A stretch of 64,000 bases of DNA from assembly GCA_036172245.1 (NCBI GenBank), contig JAYWIR010000029.1, positions 806,001 to 870,000 on the forward strand, written 5' to 3'. Positions 1 through 11,696 of the stretch are shown piece after piece (within the stretch, counting starts at the first letter, position 1; every line of letters begins with the position of its first letter). The stretch comes from Raillietiella orientalis. Taxonomy: Eukaryota. The translations under genes and the position numbers were made by a program. A model generated the notes under the pieces. The model was given only the letters and a program-made list of their open reading frames with translations. It searched no databases and was not told the origin of the DNA.

Positions 1-1788
1 CTAATTATGTGAAGAGGCATTCTATGCGTTCACTGTTTAAAAAATGAGGCCCGCAGTCTGCGGATACCGTGCGTCTTTCAAAGGTTCTGCTGAGCTTCCA
101 CGATGCACTCCAACCTCGGCAATCCTCGTGCCCTCTTCCCGGTGTGCACACCGGCAAAAGGGACACGAGATGTCTAATATGTTCTAAATAGTCTTCGTAG
201 GAGTGGCGCAGACGTACGAATCACAAAGAGAGAACTCGTCAGCTGAATCTCGTGTTTCCCATCTTCGTGTTTTAAAATTTCAGGAGTCTTTGCTGATTGT
301 GATTCTTTTAGCTCTCTCCTGGTTCCATGTGCGTCGAAAGGCATTCTCAAACTAACCTTTTCCTTCCCCGATATGTGCCTCTAAATCACGGGAAAAGATG
401 CAAATCTGAAACGAAGAAACAGCAAATTGGAGGCTGGAGAATTGCGTGCCAAATTGCGATGTTCGGGATCATCTTCCCACAGTCATAATCCTTGTGCCTC
501 ATCCGTAACTTCTTCACAGAAAGCGATTTGTTCCATCATTCTCTGCCGGATAAGTTCCTGAGAAATTCGACTGTGATGTAATTGGAGGTCCACCTAATCT
601 CTCCCAACGGAAACTTGCGGGGAGAGATGACTTATTGATGCACAACTAAACCCCCTTCGGAACTAATAAAGTCGCTGAATAAAATAAACACAGAAACCAA
701 TAAAAAGTGGATAGTAATGAAGCAATAGAAAAACTGAGTTTTCTCCATAAAAAAATCTTATTCTTTCATTTTTTTATAAAAAAAAAAAAAAAAGCATCCA
801 ATACATGGCACTAATATTGAGTCACTACATAAAACGAGAACAAAAAGACGCACACATACGCACACAAAAATGAAAGAAGAGTGTTTCAAAACTGTATTGA
901 AACATTGTACTTAAAAGATGCAACAAAACAGCTCTTCGCCCAGGTTAGCACAACGGCACCAGCGAGAAAAATGATGATGATGCTCTATCATTCTCCAGAT
1001 GTTTCAAAGAAATGTGGTCGAACAATATCTTGGTGGAATCTAAAGATCATACTACTTTTGTGAATGAGCCTTCCTCAAGAGCAAGCACTGAAAGCAAGCA
1101 GGAAACTTGCGGCACTCTAATTACTAGGACGCTACATGGGCTTCCTCCCGTTCCTCCCAGCACGAACGCAGCACCCATCCATAAATGCTTGATGAAGGCA
1201 TTGTTTTTGAAAGCGGTGAATCGAAATTCCTGGCTGACTCCACGCGTGCACTGTGTCAGGTCGAGTCACGGCTGCTTCCACGCAAGCATGCGTTCCAAGA
1301 TATGTGAAATGGCGCGCGCGCACTGCTCCGAACCAGGAACACATCCGATCTCTACGTCGGACTGAGGCGGTCCCTTCGCGAATGGGTGTCCCGTGCGTCC
1401 CAACACCTTCCGGACGTTCCGGAACTGGACTTTGACGAATTCGAGAGCGGAAAAAAAAATGGTGAAAAGACTTGGATCCGAAGATAAACGGGAAAAATTC
1501 CTGCCTGAGGTGCGAATCAAAGATCCACGTTTTTCAAAAAAGGGAGGGAGGCAGGTTTTTCTCTTCTGTTCTTCCTGTCTTTGAGATCAGAAATCTTGAA
1601 GCTTCCGGTACTCTCAGTGTTTCTGTTGATTTTCCGGGTTCTTCTCTCCCAAGCTCAACGAAAAATAATGCTGGGATTAAGAAGTACTCCGATCGATTCT
1701 GAGATGACAACCTATGTCTCCATGGCTACACGATCAGAACTTTCTCAAAATTAGCGTCTAAATTCGAAGTTTCTAAAATTCTGTAATA

Positions 1789-2350
1789 ATGAAAACTAAA
1801 GTACCAAGGAAGAATAAGTCGGTTTCCACTTTTGTATACCCAAAGAACCGGACTCGGTTTACAGTGAGCAGCTTGAGGTTGGAGATTCCCAAAAGTCGAA
1901 TGTGTCCCAATACCCGTTCCAGTAGAGTGCTGCAGCTGCTGATGGAGGAGGTGGGGCACACTAGTCCCACGTATGTTCCAGTGATCTCCGAAGACAATCG
2001 CCAAGAAAACACAGTCTACGCAAGAGGAGAATGCCAGAGAAGAGCGGCAAGGTTCGGCAGAAACCATGGTGTGCGCTTCAACAGCCTGTCGTGCGCAATG
2101 ACTCTTCCGTCGGCTAACATTCATTCGTGTGCCATTTATGACCCATCAACATCGAAAGAAAGACGTTCGTGCAGCTCTGTCCAGTGCGGCGGATGCGGGG
2201 AGAGCTTTCAGTACACAGATGGCTCCCAGAAGCGTTTCATAGCTTACCGCATTCTTTACAGCGAATTCCTGTTTCACTACGAATGCATCCACGACTGGCT
2301 TAAAGAACACGACTTTTGTCAGCATCCCTAATGCCACCAGAAATTCGTGT
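1789..2350 (+). pseudogene. ORF ending in a degenerate RING-H2-like finger (probable pseudogene)
   Basis: The C-terminus reads CGGC...LFHYECIHDWLKEHDFCQHP, then TAA, then CHQKF. The CxxC, FHxxCIxxWL and terminal Cys pattern fits RING-H2, but ligands 3 and 4 are replaced (YSEF where the LPCxH-type motif is expected) and a stop splits the last Cys pair. The N-terminal part is unrecognised. Confidence 0.35.
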
Positions 2351-5300
2351 TGGCCACGTGGTTCATTATGTTATTGCCACGTTAAAAGTTAGCAGTTATT
2401 GCAGTCGGGACCACACGAGATGTGCCGATTCAGTTTGAGGAAGCAACAAGTGACCGGTTCACACAATCCAGGTGAATGCTTCACCATCTATTAGATTAAA
2501 TAACGTATCCTTCAGGAAAGCAAAGACAACTGATTGTGGCCTCGACGCATTCCTTTACATACTCTTGCAAAGGGCGGACCTAGAAATCTTTTGCTCTGTG
2601 ACTGCCTAAAAAATAAAAGCACGGATGAACTCATGAAGAATCCTCTGCGTTCTTATCTTGCGTGCATCCCACTCAACTCCTGACGTATGGCCATTTTCCT
2701 CCGCATTGGATCCACAAAAACCTCATCGCCTTACTTTTAATTCCTTGAGAGTCCGTTTTATAAAAACCTATGTCTTTCGGCATTCAGCCGCCACAATCCA
2801 ACTTTTAACGTACCCTTGTGCTTTGGACACGAGCATCTCCTTATTTGAGCTATGGTTAACTGATAACAGAAATGGGTCATGAAAGAGTCTTTGCTAACGT
2901 ACCAAAATGCTGTTGATTCCTTTTGAAACAAGACCCATTAGGTTAGAAAAACTCACCCATGTTAGCACTCCAATTTGCAGTAAGCTGTAACGCACATATT
3001 TTGTTTTTATAATGCGGGTTACCGAGTCCGAAGAGACCCTCGGGGATTTGTATCCGTTTATAATCTATCGAGTACGTCATTCTTTAGGAAACAGATCTAA
3101 AAGCCACACATGAAATGAAACGCGCGCATCAATTATGCCCCGAATCGATGTTTTGATCAAAGCACACGGCAATGATTCTGTGACCACAGAAACGGCAGTA
3201 TCACTATGACTCGAAGCTTTTTCGCTCTTCTTCCTTGCGTGTCTGCGTGCAGACTCGTTAAAAGTAAGGCCATGTGTTGTCGCGCCTGCACAGTCATCAT
3301 CAGCATCACAGTGAGATGAACCATCAGTGAAAAAGGTGAAGAATTGCTAGTCATTACAGGGACGAGTTTGCGTTTGTGTCGAACAAAAGGAAAAGGGGAA
3401 TTGGAACCTCATTTTTTCAAATAGGAATGAACACGAATAACTTAACAAAACGTAAACAAAATTCGTAAGATCTCCAAAAGTTTCCAATAGGCGATGTTTT
3501 GGAGTTTACGCATACGAGAAACTATCCCATCGGGAGGAAACTCTCGAAGGGTCTGCTGTGGCCAAAAAGCGAAGGAACAATTAGTCGGACGAATCCAGAC
3601 GGAGAACCGGATGGCTACATGCTCAGAACTTTCCTGTTTGGAAAGTATCTGTGAGGAAAGAGGGATCGAATGTTCCAATAATGACTCACATCTTCATGTG
3701 TACTGATGCGATCTCCGAGTACTTCATCTGTTACTTCCGTGAGCCACAGTATGTACCGTAGTTCCACCCATTATATAAAAAAAAAAAAGGCAGATGATGA
3801 TGTAGGGCAATAAGTTGCATCCACAGCAGATGTAAAAGGGTATTCATATTTGTGACAAAGTTCCTGGCAAGAAAGACCTTTCCTATTCAAGAAAGGTAGG
3901 AGAGCTTTTGAATAAACTCATCTGCGCTTTGTTTCCCTTGCACAACTTAAAAGGTTCCGTCTTTTGCTTACAATCCTGCCTATGAATGCATATTCAAATC
4001 TGTTTAACCAACACCACTTCATGGAATCTGTTGCGCATGGAGATGGACCAACGCAACCAGAAACAGTCACCGCAACAACTTGATCCCACTTGGTATCGTT
4101 AAGCATTTCAGGAAAGTTTGCCTCACTTGGGAATCAGCAAGGTGACACTTGGGGAACAGTACATGCATCCAGGGATAATCTTTGTAATGTAAGCTGTTTG
4201 GAAGTTGGAAAAATTAAGTGGAACTGGTGCATCGGAAATGAATTGCATCTGAAGGCATCTCCGAGAAAACGTACTTTACGAAATTACTTCACTATATACG
4301 AACTCTTTAGTACATCCAGCACCGTATTCTAATGAGGAAAAAGAGAAGTCCGATTATACGGGGAGCGAACTAGGGCTCCCAACTGCCATTATCTATCCTT
4401 TTTTACGTCTTTGCATTTAATCCCTAAATCTCTGCTTCTGCAGATGTGGAATTTTATCGATCTTCTTCCTGCTGAAACTCTTTTTTGTGTGCCCGCTTGG
4501 CTGTTAAAAGAGTTCTTTCTCGCTTTAAACCCTATACTAACAACATACGAAAGACAGGGCATTAATTTCAAAGGGAAGTGGAGACGCCGATGAAATTCCC
4601 CCCCCTGAAAAGGTTATTCTCGATTTTTTTTGTTTTGTTTTGTTTTATTAGCACTTTTCGTTCAGTTGTATCCCACATCACTCATCAAAACGCTCCTCCG
4701 GCTTGGGAATCCTAAGCACGGAAAGCAAAGACCGTCAGGCTACTGGAAAATAAAGCTCAGAATTTGAAACCGTAAACTTCCAAAGAAGGATCTTTGCAAA
4801 AGGAGAAAACCGTTTCGATTTACGTTCACGAGAGCTACACGAAAGCAACGGATTCGGGCCAGCGCTTCTTTCGTCCAACGGATGGAAAAGACTTCTTCTA
4901 ACTGATACTTCTTCTCCGTTCGTGCTGTCTGCTGAGCAGACTCCACTAACCTTGCACCACATTTTATAACGAATGACTCATTCATTCTACTACTCTATTA
5001 AACTCATTCTGTATGCAAACACCTGAGGTGTGACACGTCAAAGATAGTTGAAACACATGGACCCCGAATCATCAGCACCACGTTGTATAGCAGAAGCTGT
5101 ACAGTACACTTGCCCTACGAAAATCGATACCCAAAGTTCACACTGATTTTATTTTCCTGGGTCCACTTGAATTTCTGGAAAGTTGTCTTTCGAGTTCCAT
5201 CAGATTGCAGTGTGGGAATGAGGACCGGGAGCAACGACCCAAAGCACAGCCAAACCGATGCTTTCGTGTCACGGACACGTACTGCAATTCGTGTTACCAA

Positions 5301-5580
5301 CATGAAAAGCAAACATGCATCCTTTGGAAAGTTCAGAAGACCGGTACACAAGGAGTTCCGATCCGGCTACATGAGTGATGTGTAACGAAAAACTGAAAAG
5401 CAACCGAATCATTCAAAGTTGACGATATGGGAATCACATTTTTGTGCTCAAAACCAACAACACGTTCTTACAAAATGTGTATAACAAAAATGCGAAAAAT
5501 CACAAAGTATTGCTATACGAGAAAAAACAATCAGGAAAATGTACGGAAATATTTTCGTGTACGTAGTAATACATTGCCAA

Positions 5581-5603
5581 ACACACACACACACACACAC
5601 ACA
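5581..5603. repeat. (AC)n microsatellite
   Basis: About 11 uninterrupted AC units, followed by an A tract. Confidence 0.9.
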
Positions 5604-7768
5604 GGGAAAAGGAAAAAAAAAAAAAAATCGAGAACGTACTCCTGTTGAAATGAAATTTTCGTTTTCCCTTTTCGAATCCTCTTTCGTTTGGGATTTCCTG
5701 TGCAACTTTCGTGATAATCCTGCATTTTCTGTACAAAACATCAGACCTTTCAACCAATGCAACACCGGAGCGTTTCGTATTTCGAGGTTCCCCCCTCCCC
5801 ACTCACGTTCCCATTGCCAAACTACCCTGACTTGGGTGTACAGAAATCCGAGTTTTCCTACCTACGGCACTGAGGGAACCGTAATGAAAAAGTCACACAC
5901 ACAGAAAACACCAGACTTTTGAAATCCAGGAAGTACTTGAAAATGATTTTTTTGACTTTGCTGCATTCCCACTTTTCATTCGACAGTCTTTTGTTCGAGA
6001 AGAATGAACCTTTTATCTCGAAATACGCGGCATACAATGTACACCGCAACTTCCAGAAAAATGAAAAAAAAAAAAAAAAAAATTCTTTTTTCCTTTTTTG
6101 CAATTCGATCCATGTAAATTATCGAGACCTAGAAAAAGAACTGCATATGGAAATGCCTCCGGATTAAATGATGATGGTGAAATTGTACACGCCTTCGTTA
6201 CTTGCCACTGACACAACATCCATGCAATCTCTAAGATGTTTACCAAGTTGTTCTTTATTCAGATATTATAATCAACGAAATGACTGCAAAGTACAGTTTG
6301 AATCACGCACTTGTACTTTACAATCGTTTAAGGAGCAGACAGCAATTATACTTTCGGCAAAAAACTCCAGGGTCTTATGAAGGTTGAAGATTAACCTAGC
6401 AAACAGCATTAGGAACATACATATTTTCTAATGCTGCTTACAGAGAACTACGAAAATTAGTGATTAGCAATCAACACCATGACAAATAAAATCTGACAAA
6501 ATAAAACTATTATTCACAAAATATGACATTACTTTGGAAACAGGGCGTTTCTGATTTTTTAAAAATAAAAACATAAATAGAACTTCCATTTCAAATGGAA
6601 CATCCCATCTACATTACAAATTAATTGCATCCTATTTAAGAATCTTAATTTGTCCACTAGCTGCTTTCAGTGTTGCATTTGCACAAGATACTTGTAGTTG
6701 ATTAAACTTTTAGTTTTTGTCACAGTTGTTCCCAATTTTATTTTTCACTTAGTATTTGCTTTTAAAACATCATTTAGTACAACACACCACACTAAAATCC
6801 CACAACATTCCCAGAATTTTTTTAATAATTTTCAATTCGAATAAGAGAGGCTACTTTTTTCCATATGCGAATACAGTGCTGGTTCCTAGTACTTCTATAC
6901 CTTTGACAACAGTTCACCAACAGAAGTTATAACATCACAAATCACACATATGTGCAAATCGTTTACAAATTATTGATATTCGTTGAGGTGCTTTCCTTTT
7001 TACAGCACACAGAAAGCATATTATGTTCTGAAAATGCAACCCATCTCATTAAACTGCAAATCAAGCTCACAAAAAAGAAAAACAAAACAAAACAAAACAA
7101 TGATGATGCTTTCTCTATATAAACAAAATTGAATAAAAGACTGTATTCCTTGTAACCTCTGTATGGAATAAAATATATTATCATTAATTGAACTGACATA
7201 CACCATTTTCAACCAAATGCCAGTTTCTTTCTTCATTTTATAATCATGATTGCATAATTTTTAATACAGGGAGCAGCATATGCTTGAAAGATTAGAACTA
7301 ACTAAGACAGCACTGAGAAATAAATACTTGGTAGACACACTGATACACAAATAATACCTGTAAAGTGTGTAGCAGGAAAACAAGAACCCTCCATTAACTG
7401 TAATTTCTTTAAAATAATAAGCTTTCAAAGTCATATAAAGTTTTGAAAAATTAGGCAGATCTGCAAGTATGCAAATATTCTCAAAGTACTTCAGCATTCT
7501 TAGTCCACACAACACAGCAAAATAAATTGATGAGTTGATTGCATTCATCTATGGGACTAAACAAGTTTCATGGGAGAATAGAAAAATGCAAAAGGAGAAA
7601 AGAGAAAGATCACATATCACATTAGAAGACAGTCTGCAATGCATAGAAGATACACTCACTAATTACTCTCACACAGCCAATAAAGCTCAGTTCCAGTATG
7701 GAAATGAACAAATTCAAGCTTTCTGAATCTTCATGGTGATTGGTTTCTTAAAAAAAAAAAAAATGCAA

Positions 7769-8483
7769 TCAACATCCTCCGCTTGATTTAGAATGAGCAA
7801 TTAGCCACTGTAAAGTAATATCCAAATTCTCTTTTTCTTTACATGAAATGGAGTAACAGCAAATTTCCCGATCTTGAATTGCAAAAAGATTCCTAGAATA
7901 TTGATCTCTAAAATTCTTTACAAGTCTAACACAATACTCACATTCTTTCAATAACACCCTTTTCATCAAGAGCATTTGGGAGGTCTCTTTTATTACCTAA
8001 CACCAATACTGGAATTCCAGACAACTGTGGTTTATCCAGAAGACTGTGTAACTCATTTCTGGATGCCTCAATCTTCTCATGATCAGCTGCATCAACCATA
8101 TATCTGCTCAGTAACTTTAATATTTTTGTATTTAAAAAAAACTGAAACATTTACACAATAGCATTGACACCACGGCAGTATCTTTCCCACATGGAGCGGA
8201 ACCGTGGCTGACCTCCAATGTCCCAAACTTTGATGGTCACATTTCCTTTAGTTATTTTGCGCATGTTGAAACCAACAGTAGGGATCATGTCTTCATTGAA
8301 TTGACCAGTCTAATTTTGCAAATCTCTGCAATAAGATTAAGAAGTACTTATACTGCTTACAGCTATCACATTAACAAAAGTTGTTTTTCCAGAAAACTGG
8401 AGCCCAACTAAAGTTAATTCAATTTCTTCTTTCCAGAATAAACTACGCAGCCAATTGAAAAACTTATTTATCCAGCCAAACAT
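7769..8483 (-). CDS. Arl8: ADP-ribosylation factor-like protein 8 (lysosomal small GTPase), 187 aa
   Basis: Exons 8483-8361, 8309-8155, 8103-7942 and 7892-7769 are joined by GT-AG introns of 51, 51 and 49 nt. Translation: [187 protein letters not shown]. This is unmistakably Arl8. Confidence 0.97.
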
Positions 8484-8699
8484 GTCTAGGCAAAGTATTT
8501 ACTCAATAAATGACACCTTGGTATTTTATAAAACTTTCACATTGAATAGATGCTTAAAAGTGCTCCTTTCACCTATGCAGCTACAACAGAAAGATCATAA
8601 TTTGAAAAATGGTTGCAAAATGTTGTAACTAAGCTTTCCTCTAAAAACACAAAAAACGGGTAAACACAAGCAACTTGTTTGTACATTGTACAGAGAAAA

Positions 8700-9250
8700 A
8701 TGACAGAATTACCACCCGTCATTCGTGAACGCGATAGCTATTTTGTCCCCTTCGATTCCCAAATGGTGCGCCCTCGATGCACATAACCACCGGCTTTCAA
8801 ATGCAGATTCGAATTCCGGAGTTTGCGAGAAAGTTTAAAAATTGAAATGAGAATGTTTTCGGGAAGCTCAAAAATGCACAGAAGCATCGTTCTTTCATCG
8901 AGAAACGTCAGAACATCGTTCTGTCGCTCCCCTCGTGCGAAACAAAAATTTCGTTGATTTCGGAAGTGGGCTAGTAAGCATACTATGTTTCAAAACGGAA
9001 AAAAACTTATTCTTCATTTACGATTTCATTCACTCCGCGCGAATGTTTACGAATCTTCAAGTAAATGCACAACTTCCACACGTCTCACGATGGCTAGGAA
9101 ATGACCCATATGCAGCAAACGGTTACCCAAGCAGACCTTTACCTAGTCCGAACCTGCTAATCGAAGTTCTGCCGATGCTGAAAGAGCTCATCAACTCGAA
9201 ATCATTCCATAATGATTCAAAGTTGCTCAGCTTAACTAATGTTCAATGAT
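8700..9250 (-). promoter_or_regulatory. CpG-rich probable promoter / first non-coding exon region of Arl8
   Basis: CpG dinucleotides are dense here and almost absent from 6400-8650. There is a minus-strand donor-like site (GGTG/GTAATT) near 8712 and an acceptor-like CCTAG two bases upstream of the ATG. The TSS cannot be determined. Confidence 0.5.
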
Positions 9251-9576
9251 CGCTGTAAAATTAATTGCAAGACCAATAAACAGAACATTGCCAATACCAT
9301 CATGGACAGCAAACATAAGGAATACATCCACTTTAGCTTCATTCTCTTAAAACGGCATTCATACAAAAATCGAAGTTTTCATTTTCTTTCTGGATTTTTT
9401 TTTTTCTTCAAGTCTCAGATTTGAGAATTGCTATTATTTCGGAGATTATTACTGTTTAGTCATGAATTAGATTCAGCGATATGATGATTTGTTTTTGTGA
9501 CTTCCATGACAGAATCAAAAGAAAATAAAATTTCTTCAACGCTATGTTTCGTACAGGGAGCAACCAATAATTTGCT

Positions 9577-9665
9577 AAATTGTTGACATTCATTGAGATG
9601 CTTTCCTTTTTACAGCACACAGAAAGCATTTCTGAAAATGCAATCCATCCAAGCTGCAAATCGAG

Positions 9666-9702
<37 letters not shown>

Positions 9703-9792
9703 ATGCTTTCTCTACATAAACAAAATTGAACACAACACTGTATTCCTTGTAACCTCTGTATGGAATAAAATATATTATCATTAATTGAACTG
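9577..9792. repeat. Direct duplicate of the Arl8 3' flank / 3'UTR (parent copy 6967-7195)
   Basis: The two copies align along their length and share blocks such as TGCTTTCCTTTTTACAGCACACAGAAAGCAT and CTGTATTCCTTGTAACCTCTGTATGGAATAAAATATATTATCATTAATTGAACTG. The central A-rich tract differs. Confidence 0.93.
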
Positions 9793-9802
9793 GCAGATCA
9801 AA

Positions 9803-9842
9803 CTGTCAAATTAGCATAATTTGCTAAATGCTAATTTGCCAG
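9803..9842. repeat. Inverted repeat, 15-bp arms (1 mismatch), 10-nt spacer
   Basis: CTGTCAAATTAGCAT-AATTTGCTAA-ATGCTAATTTGCCAG. Confidence 0.8.
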
Positions 9843-10211
9843 CATGATCTAGTTTTTGTGTAAACAAAAAAAAGTAAGCGCATGTTGACTTTTTCAACTG
9901 AACTGCATCTGCTATGAAGATTTATTGAATAGTTCATACAACATAACACAGCTTGTTCTGCAAACAAGATTGCCTTATAAAAGTTCGCAGACTACAGAGA
10001 CCAAAGTGGCAAAGTCATCTCAGTATGTGCCTAAAAACAAAGGGCAGTGCCTAAAAAGCGAATCGGATAGAATTTTGAAGTTACATTTAAAAGGTTTGAT
10101 AAGAAGTGTGCGCTAAAACAGCAAAACATAGCAAACCTTGTCAATGTATGAGGGTACGAGGCAATAAAAATTTTTTATCGATCAATATCGACAATTCTAA
10201 CCATAAAACTA

Positions 10212-10245
10212 GAAAGTTCAGTGGATTATAATCCACTGCACTTTC
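10212..10245. repeat. 34-bp near-perfect palindrome (perfect 20-bp core)
   Basis: GAAAGT-T-CAGTGGATTATAATCCACTG-C-ACTTTC. Confidence 0.85.
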
Positions 10246-11492
10246 CAATATTCATAGGAATATAAAATGAATGTAGGAACACAATATTCACAGGAATTTT
10301 GCATAGCTGAAACAAAGATTAAATGTAGCAAACTTTCAATTAAGCTTACTTGTAAAACATATATTTAAAGGCAAAGGAACACCATTGAACCATAATGACT
10401 TAGAAAAGATAATTACGATTCAGCTACAATCATTTTACATACCTAAGTGAGACTTCACAAAATTTACTACTTTTAATCTTTTTTCTCTTATGATATACGG
10501 AGCAGAGACAAGAAGAAAAGTCACTACTCTAAGTTCATATTCATTCCAGAAGATAATGAATATGGAATAAAATATATTATCTATCTACTACTCTGAATGC
10601 TTTGTTCGTATTATGTTATGTTGATTATCATGATACGATAAGATTCAAAAGTACAATACAGATCTTTTATTTATGACATAGTTTCTAAATATTTCTTCAT
10701 TTCGTTGACAAAGTGGCTGTTCTGAATTTTTAAGAAACTCGTTTCTCATTTAATATTTCATTAAAGCAAATTCCTACTTTTACCTTTTAGATAGAATTCA
10801 CTATACATTTGGAATTTGTTCAGACAGAATTTAGGTACTTACAAAAAGATGATAAGTATTTCAACTTCTAGGAATGTTTATTAAAAGCAATTCATTGTAT
10901 CTCTAAGAAACATTCATTATATCTCTTAAGTATTGCTGTTTGAGACATTCAATGCCCATATTTCAATGATGATTATTCCGTTTGCATAAAAAATACGTAT
11001 TGAAACATACTGATAGAATAAAACATAGTTTTTTTTCGAAGATTGGAAACCTTGAAAGTATAACCATAACAAGTTCGCAGAGATCACGAGGGTGGAGAGT
11101 CCCATCAGATGCCGAAGCTTCCATAGAAATTTCGCTTTTTGCTTTCGTGGCTAAATTGACTTTATTCAATTGACGCTATCACTTTATCTGAAGGCAGATT
11201 ATGTAGATTTGGATTATGTAGATGAGTATGTAAAACAAGCTTAAAGGAAAAAAAGTGAAATTTCATTTCTGAAGATATTAAAAAGAGGATCCTATTTAAA
11301 TTCCATTTCATTATTTTTCCAATTTTTCATTTCATTATTTTATTTGCCAACTCTATTTTTCCGATGGATACTACGGAATGGCACAATCTAAGGTTTTCAC
11401 AACCTTATTATCATGTCTTTAAAACAAAACAATTTCAGCCACATGATATTAAATATTGAATCTCTAGTTTAAAACTAACCTAAGCAAACTAT

Positions 11493-11603
11493 CCCCAAAT
11501 TTTATGGTCACCTTTCCTTTAGTTCTTTTGCAGATGTTTATACCAACAGTGGGAATGGGAATCATATCTTCATTGAATCGCCAGTCTAGTTTTGCAAATC
11601 TCT
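11493..11603 (-). pseudogene. Arl8: Arl8 pseudogene fragment (part of exon 2 plus the 3' end of intron 1)
   Basis: Aligns with 8221-8327 (ATGGTCAC.TTTCCTTTAGTT...ACCAACAGT...CTTCATTGAAT..CCAGTCTA.TTTTGCAAATCTCT). It has 1-nt deletions and a GGGAAT duplication, and it includes intron sequence. Confidence 0.9.
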
Positions 11604-11653
11604 ACTCTGTATGACCAGTCTGTTTGAAGAATGCTTGGAGAATTCAGTGTCAA

Positions 11654-11696
11654 ATGTTGCATTACTGAAATCATTATGTGATTTCTGTAATGCAAC
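11654..11696. repeat. Palindromic target site; left copy of a ~29-bp target-site duplication (11668-11696; right copy 13166-13194)
   Basis: The left copy is ATGTTGCATTACTGAAATCA-TTATG-TGATTTCTGTAATGCAAC. The right copy is AAATCATTATGTGGTTTCAGTAATGCAAC(AT). The copies differ at 2 positions. Confidence 0.88.
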
